NCBI GenBank assembly: GCA_965602015.1
Contig: OZ271918.1
Span: forward strand, 1,920,001 to 1,984,000
DNA from: Salinispira sp.
Lineage (GTDB): Bacteria; Spirochaetota; Spirochaetia; DSM-27196; Salinispiraceae
DNA: 64,000 bases
Direction of reading: 5' to 3'
This document shows, piece by piece, positions 28,839 to 39,324 of this stretch. The first letter of the stretch is position 1. Each line of letters begins with the position of its first letter. The notes beneath the pieces were generated by a model. The model had not been told where the DNA came from. It ran no database searches and worked only from the letters and a program-made list of their open reading frames with translations. The translations under genes and the position numbers were made by a program.

Positions 28839-28967
28839 ATAGACCTCCAGTTATATAGGGCACTGGGTAGAAAATAAGAAAATCATTCTCTGGAGGCAAT
28901 AATCCTGAGTAAGACTATCAGATTCCGCTTTCCCGAGAGGACCGGCGGGTATTGTGCTTGCTGCGGG

Positions 28968-29627
28968 CTAAATTCTCGGGATCAGCCAGTCTTTGAGTTG
29001 GGCATAGCGGGAAAAGCTAAAATCAGCAAGGGAATGGGCTTTTGCCCGCCTGGTAATATGGGCGGTCTGCATACCGGCGGCATGGGCACCGACGATGTCA
29101 TACTCGTAGCTATTCCCCACGTAGAGGATATCCGCGGCATCAACGCCAAGCTGTTCAATGAGCAGCTCAAAAGGCCGGGCATGGGGTTTGAGCCGCCCGG
29201 AGACCTCAGAGCTCAACTCCACATCGAAATAATTCTCAATATTCAACACTGTGAGCTTGGTCACCACGGGAAAATCGGACAATACCCCCAAGGGGAGCTG
29301 ACGTTCCTTGAGAACAGACAACAGCTCGATCACGCCGGGGTACAAATTGACATGTTCGAGAACCCGTTCCCAATCGCCGTAGAACGTCCGGTCGATAAGG
29401 GCCCTGGTTTCATCGACATCCTGTCCAAGCTCTTGTGCCAACAGCTCTGCCTGGGTCTGATAAAAATCGTCAATATGCTCGAGTTTCCTGAGCTGAGCCC
29501 GGACGGCGCGAAACCGCCTGAGCAGCGAGAAATTCTTCAGGGCGAAGCCCGTGCTTGCGAGGTACATGCGACTGTTGGGATATAAGGTGCCGTCTATGTC
29601 GAAGGCCACTGCCTTGATTTTTTTCAT
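28968..29627 (-). CDS. HAD family hydrolase
   Basis: FDIDGTLY, KP, YVGNSYEYDIVGA. Confidence 0.9.
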   Translation of the reverse strand: MKKIKAVAFDIDGTLYPNSRMYLASTGFALKNFSLLRRFRAVRAQLRKLEHIDDFYQTQAELLAQELGQDVDETRALIDRTFYGDWERVLEHVNLYPGVIELLSVLKERQLPLGVLSDFPVVTKLTVLNIENYFDVELSSEVSGRLKPHARPFELLIEQLGVDAADILYVGNSYEYDIVGAHAAGMQTAHITRRAKAHSLADFSFSRYAQLKDWLIPRI

Positions 29628-29662
29628 GTGATAATCCTGGAATCGGAAGTGCGTTCAGAGCC

Positions 29663-30718
29663 TCAGCGCAGCCGGAAGCTGATGCTGCCTTGAACGGGTT
29701 CGGCTCCCGGAGACGACTCGAAAACCGGTCCGGAGAACATTTCATAAATTTTTAGCGAAAGCTCATTATAGATTGAGACATCCGCTTCATTCAATATCCG
29801 GACGAAACCGTCCTCGTTTACATGGAAATCAACCCTGAGACTTGCGGGCCAGTTTTCCCGTCGCTGCGTAAGGTCCCGCAGGCCGTCAAACTGATTCGGA
29901 TTCAACAGCCCCCGACCGCTGTCCCGGATCGCCCCGGTAATATTATCGCTAAGGCTCGATCCCCGGCTGCTTGAAGCCGAGGGAGATGCGGGGGACGGGC
30001 TGTCCGAGGGCGAGTCGGCATAGTTGCTGTTCATCCTCTGCTGAAGCGCAGCGAGCTGGGCCTGAACCGCCGGATCGACGCTCTGCGCTGACTGGGCACT
30101 GGTATCCGCCTGATCCGCAGGGCGGTTTTGGGGGCTGGACGGAGATTCGGCGCTCTGGTCAATAAAGCCTTCGGGGGGCTGCTGATCAGAAGCGTCGGCG
30201 CTGTCGGTATTAAGGAAGCTTCCGATGTCCGTGGCGCTGCGATTCGGCCGTGCCGGTTCCGAGACCTCCAGCCCGCCATCGGTGGTGCTTTGGGGGTTGC
30301 TTGGCTGGACCGCCGTCTCGGTTTGTGGCGTCGGCGTTTGTTGAGCGGCCGGGCGCTGGGGCTGAGCAGGCGCTGGCCGGCTCTGCTGTGCCGGTTGTGT
30401 TTGAACAGGGGCAGCGGCAGGAGCTGCGGCGGGGGCTGCCTCGCTTCGAGCGCTGGCGGTCTCCGCCGGGGCTTCAGCGGCTTGGGTCGTCTCCTGCTGC
30501 GGCTGCTCTATTGCCCTGGACCGTTGGCCGCCGGCCTCGGGAGCCGCCTGGGGAGTAATCGGCGCTTCGCTGCTCAGCGGGGTGAGGGAAACCTCAAGCC
30601 GGATCTGCTGTTCCGGCCTGGGGGCCAGGGCCATAATGACCAACACCGAACCGACAGCAATAATGTGAAGAAGCAGTGAGATGCCAAAAGATGTAAGGTC
30701 CCGGGAATTGAGCTTCAT
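29663..30718 (-). CDS. TonB/TolA-like energy transducer (divergent)
   Basis: N-terminal TM with SLLLH motif, Pro/Ala/Gln-rich spacer, small C-terminal domain; follows exbD. Confidence 0.65.
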   Translation of the reverse strand: MKLNSRDLTSFGISLLLHIIAVGSVLVIMALAPRPEQQIRLEVSLTPLSSEAPITPQAAPEAGGQRSRAIEQPQQETTQAAEAPAETASARSEAAPAAAPAAAPVQTQPAQQSRPAPAQPQRPAAQQTPTPQTETAVQPSNPQSTTDGGLEVSEPARPNRSATDIGSFLNTDSADASDQQPPEGFIDQSAESPSSPQNRPADQADTSAQSAQSVDPAVQAQLAALQQRMNSNYADSPSDSPSPASPSASSSRGSSLSDNITGAIRDSGRGLLNPNQFDGLRDLTQRRENWPASLRVDFHVNEDGFVRILNEADVSIYNELSLKIYEMFSGPVFESSPGAEPVQGSISFRLR

Positions 30719-31137
30719 TAGGGCTCTTCATCCTCCTCAGGCAGGGGATTCTTGGCCAGGATACTGGCATTGCGAATTCCCTGACTGCGCAGCATATCGA
30801 GAACCGAGATCAGCTGCTGAAGACTGACATCCGCCTCGCCCTGAACAATCACCCGCTCTTTCTGTTCGTCGCTCAGGGAAGCCAGCTGCTCACCGAGGGC
30901 CAGATCATCGACTTCCTGATCCTGAAAATAAAGCACCCCGTCGCGGGTGACCGTTACCTGATAGAGGTCGAGATTCACCTGCTCCTCGGTGTTGGATTCG
31001 GGTAGCGCCAAACCGATTCCCGGCGCCACAACAAAGGTGCTGGAAACCATAAAAAACACCACGAGCTGAAAGACGATGTCGATCATGGGTATGAGGTCGG
31101 GCTGGACCTGAGCTTTAAGCTGTCGGCGAAATTTCAT
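30718..31137 (-). CDS. exbD: ExbD/TolR family protein
   Basis: LIPMIDIVFQLVVFFMV. Confidence 0.9.
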   Translation of the reverse strand: MKFRRQLKAQVQPDLIPMIDIVFQLVVFFMVSSTFVVAPGIGLALPESNTEEQVNLDLYQVTVTRDGVLYFQDQEVDDLALGEQLASLSDEQKERVIVQGEADVSLQQLISVLDMLRSQGIRNASILAKNPLPEEDEEP

Positions 31138-31138
31138 A

Positions 31139-31765
31139 TTACCCCTCGGATTTTGAACCCACGTCGCCTTTTAGCAGTACCACCAACTGACTTACCCGGT
31201 TTTCCAGTCGGATAAGGTTGTGATTTACCCGGCTCACCAGCTGATTGTAAAATGCGATAGCCGGGATGGCTGCGACGATACCCGCCGCAGTGGTCACAAG
31301 GGCTTCGGCGATGCCGCCGGCGAGCAGCGAGGGATCGGCTGCGGCTCCGAAATCCGACAGGACACCGAACGCCTGTATATTCCCGGTAACGGTCCCCAAC
31401 AGGCCGAGCAGCGGAGTTATATGCGCAATGGTTCCCAGCAGGGCGATGTTTTTCTCCATTTTAGGAACTTCGAGATTCGCCGCGTCGGAGATGAGGTCGT
31501 GAATAACCTCCGGCGAGTAGTGCCGGTACTCGATGCCAACCCTCATCAGGTCGCTCAAGGGTCCGGGATTCTGCTCGCAGATCGAGAGGGCTTCATCGTA
31601 GTATCCCTTTTCGAGGCTGCTTCGGATACGCCCGAGCAGCCGGTCTTCGTCCGCCCGGCTCTGCCGGAAGTAGCGTAGCCGCTCTATGATGATGCTAATT
31701 CCCAAAATGGATAACAGAATAATCAGCGCCAAGATAATATTGCCGCTGGTCAGCACTTCAGACAT
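31139..31765 (-). CDS. exbB: MotA/TolQ/ExbB proton channel protein
   Basis: PLLGLLGTVTG, GIAEALVTTAAG. Confidence 0.9.
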   Translation of the reverse strand: MSEVLTSGNIILALIILLSILGISIIIERLRYFRQSRADEDRLLGRIRSSLEKGYYDEALSICEQNPGPLSDLMRVGIEYRHYSPEVIHDLISDAANLEVPKMEKNIALLGTIAHITPLLGLLGTVTGNIQAFGVLSDFGAAADPSLLAGGIAEALVTTAAGIVAAIPAIAFYNQLVSRVNHNLIRLENRVSQLVVLLKGDVGSKSEG

Positions 31766-31792
31766 AGTTTCTCCTCATCTCTCTACAGAACA

Positions 31793-33529
31793 TCAATTCC
31801 GGTATGTGGTCACAACATCAATTGAAAAACCCCGGCCTACCGGACTATCAAACGCAGGATTTCCCTGCCCCGACTCCCGGGGCAGCAGGGGAGCCAGGGG
31901 ATCGATCAGATCCACCCGCAATCCGAACCCGCGGCCGAGGGCAAAACGGGCTGCGGAACTGATTTCCGGCAGCCGCAGCTGGGAATACAGCCCCTGTTCG
32001 ACGGTAAAATCGACGGCAAAGCGCTCGCGCAGATACTCAAGCTTCGCCGAAATCAGACGCAGATTATCGCCGATATCTTCACCGATTACTGAACCGCCGA
32101 ATGCGAGCTCGGTGCGGAAATCTTCGGAGATAAACCAGGCAATGCCCACCGATCTGCCGGCGTACCATCCTTCTTTGCCGATAATTCTCGGATTCTCTAT
32201 GTCTGCCGGTTCGGCTGATAGAAGCGTATTGGAATACCTCAGCGATACATCGCTGTGAAGGCGAAACTGGCTGCCGAGGTTTGCGGTGACAAGACTCCTG
32301 AAGAACCAGGCCGGCTCGAGTAATCCGCCGCTTTCCCCCACCGTGTAGCTGTGCAGGGGATACAGCCGATGTATGGTCACCGGGGATATTTCCCGCACCC
32401 GGTGCCCGGCTTCGAACAGGAGTTCCACCGGACTAAACGGAGTAAACAGCGCATGGGCTTCCACATTGTACAAGACCGCTGAACCCGGGGTAAACACCGG
32501 TTTCCAGGCAAGCCCGACGGACAGACGGTCGCTGGGAGCGTATACCGCGCCCAGGCCGACGCCCGGACGGTGAAGAATAGGCTCTTCGGGCATTGCGGCC
32601 AGGGAATAGCCAAGTTCAGCCGTGAAAATCCAGGGAGCCAGCGCGGCATTGAGGTGCAGGCCCGCAGCGCTTCTGATAAAATCACTGCTGAACTCCTCCA
32701 GGGTGCTTCCGGCCTCGGCTGCCAATCGCCGGCGGGACCACGAGCCGGCGATATCTGCGGCAATGGTTAGCCTTTGGTCCCGGGTTTCCCACAGCCGGAA
32801 ATCGGCGCTGATTTCTCCGCCGATAAGACGGAGACGGGATAAATCATTCTCCTCGAACGCACCGAGGGCGAAGGAGTCGACCTGCATTTCAAAGGAAGAA
32901 AGGGTCCCTGTTCCCCGGTACCCCGATGTAAGCAGGTTTTCCCTCTGATACAGCCCTTCATTGTCAGTCCGCAAGCTCGAGTACAGGCTGCCCAGATACC
33001 AGAGGTTTTGCGATTCCACAAAAAACCGGCCTTCGCCGGGCAATCTCAATGTCAGTTCACCGCCGCCGATGATACCCGGAGCAAAACCTCCGCCGAGGTA
33101 GGCGCTAAACTCTGCCCCCGCCGGGTTTGATTCCTGTTCCTCAGCTTCTTCCGTCTCGTTCCCCGGAAAAGAATCATCGGGGCCAAGACCGCTGACCCCT
33201 CCAAGGTCCGGCAGGACGGAAAAATCCGAATCGATATTGTCAGTCTGCAAAAGCAGGGTTTCCACATCCTCATACTCGGGATCCTGTAGATCGACTATGA
33301 CCTCCGGAAGCAAAAACAGCGGCGTTTCCGGAGGAGCCAGGTCTTCCACGGGGAGGGCATCGTTGAGTAAATCGTCGGTGCTGATTGAGGACTCTCCGCC
33401 ATCACCAAATCGGGCGTCGCCGGTCTGGACCTGGCCAGCCTGGGCAACGGACTGAAAGGCAATCAGGCATGTCAGCAGTGCCCACAGGACGCCAACACGG
33501 ATTGTATGTGTATGCTGTAGTCTGTTCAT
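31793..33529 (-). CDS. Exported protein, probable outer-membrane beta-barrel
   Basis: Signal peptide, acidic N-terminus, many amphipathic beta segments, terminal aromatic residue (TTYRN). Confidence 0.5.
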   Translation of the reverse strand: MNRLQHTHTIRVGVLWALLTCLIAFQSVAQAGQVQTGDARFGDGGESSISTDDLLNDALPVEDLAPPETPLFLLPEVIVDLQDPEYEDVETLLLQTDNIDSDFSVLPDLGGVSGLGPDDSFPGNETEEAEEQESNPAGAEFSAYLGGGFAPGIIGGGELTLRLPGEGRFFVESQNLWYLGSLYSSLRTDNEGLYQRENLLTSGYRGTGTLSSFEMQVDSFALGAFEENDLSRLRLIGGEISADFRLWETRDQRLTIAADIAGSWSRRRLAAEAGSTLEEFSSDFIRSAAGLHLNAALAPWIFTAELGYSLAAMPEEPILHRPGVGLGAVYAPSDRLSVGLAWKPVFTPGSAVLYNVEAHALFTPFSPVELLFEAGHRVREISPVTIHRLYPLHSYTVGESGGLLEPAWFFRSLVTANLGSQFRLHSDVSLRYSNTLLSAEPADIENPRIIGKEGWYAGRSVGIAWFISEDFRTELAFGGSVIGEDIGDNLRLISAKLEYLRERFAVDFTVEQGLYSQLRLPEISSAARFALGRGFGLRVDLIDPLAPLLPRESGQGNPAFDSPVGRGFSIDVVTTYRN

Positions 33530-36500
33530 CAGTTTCGCCCTCCCCCGCTTTGCAACTCTGCCATTCTCCGCCGGGCTTCGGCTGTCCAGCTGCTGTTGGA
33601 ATAGCTGGCTTCAAGCTGAGCCAGTATTGCCCGGGCGCTGGCCAGCTGCCCTGACAACAGGTAGGCATCCAACGCGAAGTACAGGGATTGTGATGCCAGT
33701 TCACTGTTTCTCGGATCTGCTGCCGCGGCAGCCAGGAAGCGCTGAGCCGCCTGTTGCAACGCAGAGGTTTGCAGCAACTGTCGGCCGAGAAGGTAATTCG
33801 CCCTCGCCGAGTCGGCGGGGGGGATGGCGCTTTGGGAGGTCATCCGTTCAAGGAGGCCGACCAGCTCGGCGAGTCTCGGGGAGATTCCGCCTCGGCTTAT
33901 TACGATTCGGTTTCCCAGTTCGAGAACCGCCGACCGGGATGCGGGGGTTCCCAGGGGTGCGTCAGAAGGCACCCGTGCCCAGAGCCTGGCGAGCTCCGCG
34001 TCCTCCCCTCCGGTAATCACTTCAAGCTCGCGAATCCGCGCCTCCACATCCCTGCGGGTGGAAGATGCGACGCTGCCTTCCAGATAGCTTCGATAAAGCG
34101 TGAGGGCCTGGCTGAAATTCCGCCGCTCATCCTGAAGCACAGCCAGATCGTAGCGGGTCAGCTGGGCATAGTTTCCATCGGGATAGTCGCTGAGTATTCT
34201 CCGCCAGTACAGCTGGGCTGCGCCGGACTCATCGAGGGCGGCGGACGCCGCACCGCTGAAATACAGCGCAGCTTCAGCGAATTCCCCGTCGGGATACGTT
34301 CGCCGATAGGCGATAAATGCCTCCCTGGCCCGCTCATATTCCCCAATATCAAGAAGACTGCGGGCCCGGGTGAAGGCTGCCAGAGACGCCAGGGGAGAAT
34401 CCGCATATATTTCTCCGAACTCCTCAAGACTTCGAATTCCCCGCTCCTGTTGCTGGGAGGCAATCAGAATGCGGGCATAATCAAACAGCGCATCGTCGGC
34501 CAGGGGATGCCGGGGATTACGGCGGCGAAAATCCGAGAAACTGTCCAACGCGGCCTGCCCTTCTCCCTGGAGGCGAAAAACGGTTCCCCGGAGGTAGGCT
34601 GATCGGATTCTTATGTCTTCATTGCCCGCCCCGGAAACCGAAGCATTTTCAGCAAAGTCGATAAACGCAAGGGCCTGTTGGTAATCCTGCTGCCTGATCG
34701 CCGCCCAGGCGCCTTCATACGCCGCCCTGAGATGCAGCTCCCGGGCAAACGAGCTTTCGATGAGCTCCCGGTACGCCCCTATTGCCGCATCGTCGCGACC
34801 GCTTCGGTACGCCGTCCATCCCAAATAATAGCGGGAAAAATAATACAGCTGCGAAGTTTCCGCCTCTCCTCTCAGGGGACGAAGAAGGGAATCAAGGGCT
34901 GTGAGAACCTCATATGCGTCTTCAACCCGGCCCTGTTGAATAAGGGCCTGAGCGTAGAAATAATCCAGCGCGGGGTTGCGCTGTGAAAGGCTCTGATAGT
35001 ATCGGACAAGTTGGCCATAGCGCCGGTCGGCCAAAAGGTATTGGCTATACTCCACATCGAGTTCGCTGCTCCATGAAGCAGAGCCCACCAAAGGCTCAAG
35101 CTCGGCTATGGCCGAGGAGTAACGGCCTGACTGACCGTGAATGCGGCTCCTGAGAGTACGGGCGGAGGCGAGGTTTATTCCGTCCACCGCGCTGAGCGCT
35201 TCATCGTTGCGGCCGAGATTGTACAGGGCATACGCTCTAAGCAGGTTTCGCTGCCGGTTGAGACTTTCAAACTCGGGAGAATCCCGGGTTTCGGCGAAAA
35301 TCTGGAGCACCGTTTCATACGCTTCCAGTCGGTAATGCTGTTCGGCTCTGAGAAATTCCAGCCAGGGATGGCGCTCGCCGCCTTCCCGGTAATATCCGTT
35401 GATGATTTCAAGGGCCCTGCGGGGCTCATCGCCGCCGATGAGAAGCGCTTGATAGTACGGAGCGATAAATCCCCGCTCCCCGGCGCTGAAGCCTCCGAGA
35501 CGGTTGAGGTACTCGACCACCAGGGCAATATCCCCCCGGGAAAACGCATCGGCAACGATTCGCTGATAGAATTCCCTCAGCACCTCCGGCCGACGGGATA
35601 GCTCGGTCTGGGCCCGGCGGGCAAAGGCCAAAAGGGATTCGCCGTCGTCATCCCTGGCCCGGTAAATATCAAACAATCTCAAATAGGACGCCAGGCTGAT
35701 ATCGTCCTGGGGGCCAAGCAAATCCAGATACTGCGCCTCGGAGCCGATACGCTCGTCTCCGCCCAACGCGTATTTGGCCTCGGCGAGGCGAAATGACAGG
35801 TCCCGTTTTAGCTCCGGGCTTTTGATGTCGGACACCCGGGGGCTAAGATAATCGGCGATGCGCCGGTATTCGTTCAGGCGGTGTAATAGCTCCACCAGCC
35901 GGGGAGTCATAACCGGATCGACCTCCTGGCTCTGAAGGAGCCGCTCCTCCAGTTTTGCTGCAGCCTGGGCGAGTCCGCCGATCCGGCTGTCCAGAGAACT
36001 TCGAAGAATCCAGGCCCGGGCGAAAATCTCGGTGCCTATCGCCGGCGAGGCGGTGCCGGAAGATTCCGGGCTAAGCGCCGCGGCGTTTCCGGCCCGGGAT
36101 GTTCCCTCCTGCAACGCCTCAGGGGAGCCTAACCAATCTGACAGGAGTTCCAGGGCCCGGGGAAGGTCGCCGCTTCTTCTCGCTATCTCGGCTTCCCAGT
36201 ACCGGTACTCGCCGGCATCGACGGCGACCGGATGAAATCGCTCAGAGCGCCTCAGCAGGTCGGCGGCCCGCTGGAGATCGGCGGACTCGAAGCCGGGATC
36301 ACCGGCCATCCGAATCAGGCTCAGCGCCCGGTAGTACAGGTACTCTGATCGGCGGGGGGAAAGGGGAAAGTCTTCGATGAGTGATAAAAACCCCGATTCC
36401 GCCTCTTCGAACCGTCCTTCCTGGAGAAACTCCCGAAACTTCGCAAATTCCGCCGATTCGTCTCCGAGGGCGCCGAGAGACCCGGCAACAACAAACACAG

Positions 36501-36570
36501 CGCTGATCAACAACAGGGTTCTACGCATCATATTGTGTGTAAGAATAGCTTTCGTTCGCGGGTATTTCAA
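33529..36570 (-). CDS. Large exported tetratricopeptide-repeat protein
   Basis: Signal peptide; repeated TPR patterns (YP.G.FAEAALY, NPRHPLADDALF). Confidence 0.85.
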   Translation of the reverse strand: MKYPRTKAILTHNMMRRTLLLISAVFVVAGSLGALGDESAEFAKFREFLQEGRFEEAESGFLSLIEDFPLSPRRSEYLYYRALSLIRMAGDPGFESADLQRAADLLRRSERFHPVAVDAGEYRYWEAEIARRSGDLPRALELLSDWLGSPEALQEGTSRAGNAAALSPESSGTASPAIGTEIFARAWILRSSLDSRIGGLAQAAAKLEERLLQSQEVDPVMTPRLVELLHRLNEYRRIADYLSPRVSDIKSPELKRDLSFRLAEAKYALGGDERIGSEAQYLDLLGPQDDISLASYLRLFDIYRARDDDGESLLAFARRAQTELSRRPEVLREFYQRIVADAFSRGDIALVVEYLNRLGGFSAGERGFIAPYYQALLIGGDEPRRALEIINGYYREGGERHPWLEFLRAEQHYRLEAYETVLQIFAETRDSPEFESLNRQRNLLRAYALYNLGRNDEALSAVDGINLASARTLRSRIHGQSGRYSSAIAELEPLVGSASWSSELDVEYSQYLLADRRYGQLVRYYQSLSQRNPALDYFYAQALIQQGRVEDAYEVLTALDSLLRPLRGEAETSQLYYFSRYYLGWTAYRSGRDDAAIGAYRELIESSFARELHLRAAYEGAWAAIRQQDYQQALAFIDFAENASVSGAGNEDIRIRSAYLRGTVFRLQGEGQAALDSFSDFRRRNPRHPLADDALFDYARILIASQQQERGIRSLEEFGEIYADSPLASLAAFTRARSLLDIGEYERAREAFIAYRRTYPDGEFAEAALYFSGAASAALDESGAAQLYWRRILSDYPDGNYAQLTRYDLAVLQDERRNFSQALTLYRSYLEGSVASSTRRDVEARIRELEVITGGEDAELARLWARVPSDAPLGTPASRSAVLELGNRIVISRGGISPRLAELVGLLERMTSQSAIPPADSARANYLLGRQLLQTSALQQAAQRFLAAAAADPRNSELASQSLYFALDAYLLSGQLASARAILAQLEASYSNSSWTAEARRRMAELQSGGGRN

Positions 36571-36582
36571 TGCTAGCGCAGC

Positions 36583-37824
36583 TTAAAACCGGGGTATACG
36601 GTACTCCTGGGCGGGTTCCAGGGCCACCAGGTGGACAAATTCCCTGGGATAGCGGCGTTGAAGGGATGAAAGGGAACTCTCGACGTTGCGTTCCAAAACC
36701 GCGACCCTGAAGTTTCCCTGGTCGTCGAAATAGGGAAAAAAGACTACCACGTGGTAATGCTGCCAGAGTACCGGGTCCGAGCCGAATTCCCCGTTGATGC
36801 TGCCCAAATATATTTTGCCCGGGTCTCTCAGGGCGAGCAGGTACATAACCGGAATGATATGTTCGACAGCATAGCCGAGGTCTTCCCGATAGCTGTACCA
36901 CGGCAGATGGCGTACGTCTGCAAATTCCGGACTATCCGGTGAGTCCCCCGCAGCGGCAGCCAGGCTGACGGCGATGTTTCTGGTCCAGTCCAGTCCGAAG
37001 TAGGGATCCCGCTCATCCTCATATTCCAGGGAGATATCATTGCCCCGGTATTCGGGGTGCTTTGTTTTTAAAGCCTCAATGCTCATAAATCCGCCGGTGC
37101 GGGCGGCATAAATGCCGTCAGCCAGAAATTTTGCAAATCCCGAGCAATTAAACCCCGGCAGATCGTTGGTCCTGAGGGTTTCGATGCGGACGAGATTGCC
37201 GAATTCGTCCATGGCCCCGTCTTCAGCGTCGGGCAAGGAGGGCAGAACCTGCCGAATCTGGCTAAGGACATCGAGCATGTACCGGTAATCACCAGCTTCC
37301 ACTGCCGGGAAGAGCTGGTCCCAGGCTATAATGCCCGCGGTGAGATCCATGATCCGGTTGATATCCATCCCGATTATCTGCTCAATCGAAACGCCGATGG
37401 GTATTCGCCGGTAAAGCTCGTCATCGAACAGCGAGAGGCTTACCTGACTGCGAAAGCCCATGGGGGCAATGCGAAGCACCAAGGCGCCGATATCGTCCAA
37501 ATAGATCTTAATCTGTTCCACCGCACCATTGTTCAAATCCCGCCGGAGAATGAAATTACCTGAGCTGATAAGGGGGAAGGCGTCATTGCGCTGGTTGAGA
37601 AAAATCAGATAGAGCTTTTCGTCGGTCCGTTCGACTTCGAACTTCACCAGCTTCCGGGAAAACTGATCTTCCATGATGCGGCCCTGGTCAACTCCGATGA
37701 GGGACACCGGTGAAAGCATAAGCTCGCTCAGCCTTCGGCGTACCGTGGAGTTATCGGGAATGGCCCCGGAGAGTGCGGAAGTGACCGTGAGAATCAATAC
37801 TATTGTCAAAGCAAAACGCTTCAT
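36583..37824 (-). CDS. Exported hypothetical protein, possibly a papain-like/NlpC-type Cys-His hydrolase
   Basis: Signal peptide; GFNCSGFAK and a downstream HYHV. Confidence 0.55.
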   Translation of the reverse strand: MKRFALTIVLILTVTSALSGAIPDNSTVRRRLSELMLSPVSLIGVDQGRIMEDQFSRKLVKFEVERTDEKLYLIFLNQRNDAFPLISSGNFILRRDLNNGAVEQIKIYLDDIGALVLRIAPMGFRSQVSLSLFDDELYRRIPIGVSIEQIIGMDINRIMDLTAGIIAWDQLFPAVEAGDYRYMLDVLSQIRQVLPSLPDAEDGAMDEFGNLVRIETLRTNDLPGFNCSGFAKFLADGIYAARTGGFMSIEALKTKHPEYRGNDISLEYEDERDPYFGLDWTRNIAVSLAAAAGDSPDSPEFADVRHLPWYSYREDLGYAVEHIIPVMYLLALRDPGKIYLGSINGEFGSDPVLWQHYHVVVFFPYFDDQGNFRVAVLERNVESSLSSLQRRYPREFVHLVALEPAQEYRIPRF

Positions 37825-37836
37825 TGTGATGCCCCT

Positions 37837-39324
37837 TCACGCGTACAGTCCCGGTCTGCCCTGCCTCGCTCCCAGGCGGCGCACAAGCTCGTTTCGGTCC
37901 CGGGCGAACAGCGGACTGATTTCCGCATCGCCGCCGGGCAGGCCCAACCAGCTCGCATGGGTTTTTGCCATATGTGCGGCCAAAAGAGCCGAATCCCATC
38001 GATGAATGCCGTAAAGCGGGGGCATGAACTCCCACCGGTACGGGCGAAAAACCCTCGGCTGTATGCCGCCGGGAAAATGCAGCGCAAGACTGTCGGTAAT
38101 ACCAGTATCGGAGGAAACAAGGGCGGTGTTGATACGGCCCGGGCTGATTTTTCCCGGTTCGGGAAAATCCCGTCGGCGGATTCTGAAGTACAGTTCACCG
38201 GTCATACCGCTTCTCAAGGTGGCCAGCAGACTGCTCTGCCCGCCTGAAAGCAGACGGAGCGCTAACTCTTCATCGGGCAATGGAATGAGCGGATGTTCCA
38301 TGCTGTACACCAGACCGAATCCATAGCCCCGGTCTTCCAGCTGTGACAAGAGGAGTTTTTCCAGGGCAAATACCGCTCCCGCATCGCCGCTGCTGCGGTC
38401 CCGGTAATCCGGCTGAGGAAGCAGCACGACCCGGGATGGGGGCAGCGAAAAGAAATCCCGGTCGCTTAAGAAGGCTAACAGTTCATAAAAATGGGATTTT
38501 CGCACAGTAATCACCCATAGCGGCGGCCTGCCGTAGGCATTTGACGCAGCAATGATGTTTTCCGCCATGTACTCCAAAAGCGGAAGCCGTCTAATTGGGG
38601 TCGCGGGAGCCGAACCAGGGTAGCCGCGGTGAGGGCGGTAGGGGTCGGGGGTGAGAACCAGCCACGTGCCGGAACTCAACAGGGCGTCAAGCTCCCCGTG
38701 TGCCGGGGACTTTTGGGAGGCCGGGGAGATGCGGCCCTCATTGCCCGGACCGTTTGACAGAGATTGGCGCTCTGATGCCCCAATGCCGTCGCTAAGCCTG
38801 TGGTCGATGAAGTGGGCAAGCTCTGTTTCCAGGGCGGAGAAGCTGTCCCCGGGCAATAATCCGTCATCGGAAAAATGACCGAGGGGAGAAAACTCTGTAG
38901 CTGCCCTGTCGGCCCCCGCGTCAGCGCCCCTCAGGGCGGACTGCAGATGCAGGGAGTGCAGGCGGGCGCTCACCCTGGAGCTGTCGCTTTTGAGGGCCAT
39001 CCGGTTCGCCGCCTGCCGGCTTTGCAGCCTGGCCTTCAGCAGCTCGTGGCGAACCTGCATAAACCGTGCGGTACGATCCAGACTCGGCTGTTCGAGCTCG
39101 GCCAGCAGCCGGTCCGAGGCCTCCTTAAGACCGAGCCCCCGGTTTTGCGTCAGGGTGAGAATCCGGGAAAAGAGAAAGACATCTTTGAGGCTGTATATTT
39201 TGCGGCCCCGGTTGTCATAGGCCGTGCTGATAATGGGAAGCTGCTCCTCGATATACCTGATGTGATGAACCTTGCAGTCCAGCACCTGACAGATTTCAGA
39301 GAGCAAAAAGCCCCGATGCTTCAT
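37837..39324 (-). CDS. MerR-type HTH fused to a degenerate UDP-sugar pyrophosphorylase-like domain
   Basis: N-terminal LSEICQVL..KVHHIRYIE...GRKIYS; C-terminal pattern resembles UAP/UGPase. Confidence 0.55.
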   Translation of the reverse strand: MKHRGFLLSEICQVLDCKVHHIRYIEEQLPIISTAYDNRGRKIYSLKDVFLFSRILTLTQNRGLGLKEASDRLLAELEQPSLDRTARFMQVRHELLKARLQSRQAANRMALKSDSSRVSARLHSLHLQSALRGADAGADRAATEFSPLGHFSDDGLLPGDSFSALETELAHFIDHRLSDGIGASERQSLSNGPGNEGRISPASQKSPAHGELDALLSSGTWLVLTPDPYRPHRGYPGSAPATPIRRLPLLEYMAENIIAASNAYGRPPLWVITVRKSHFYELLAFLSDRDFFSLPPSRVVLLPQPDYRDRSSGDAGAVFALEKLLLSQLEDRGYGFGLVYSMEHPLIPLPDEELALRLLSGGQSSLLATLRSGMTGELYFRIRRRDFPEPGKISPGRINTALVSSDTGITDSLALHFPGGIQPRVFRPYRWEFMPPLYGIHRWDSALLAAHMAKTHASWLGLPGGDAEISPLFARDRNELVRRLGARQGRPGLYA

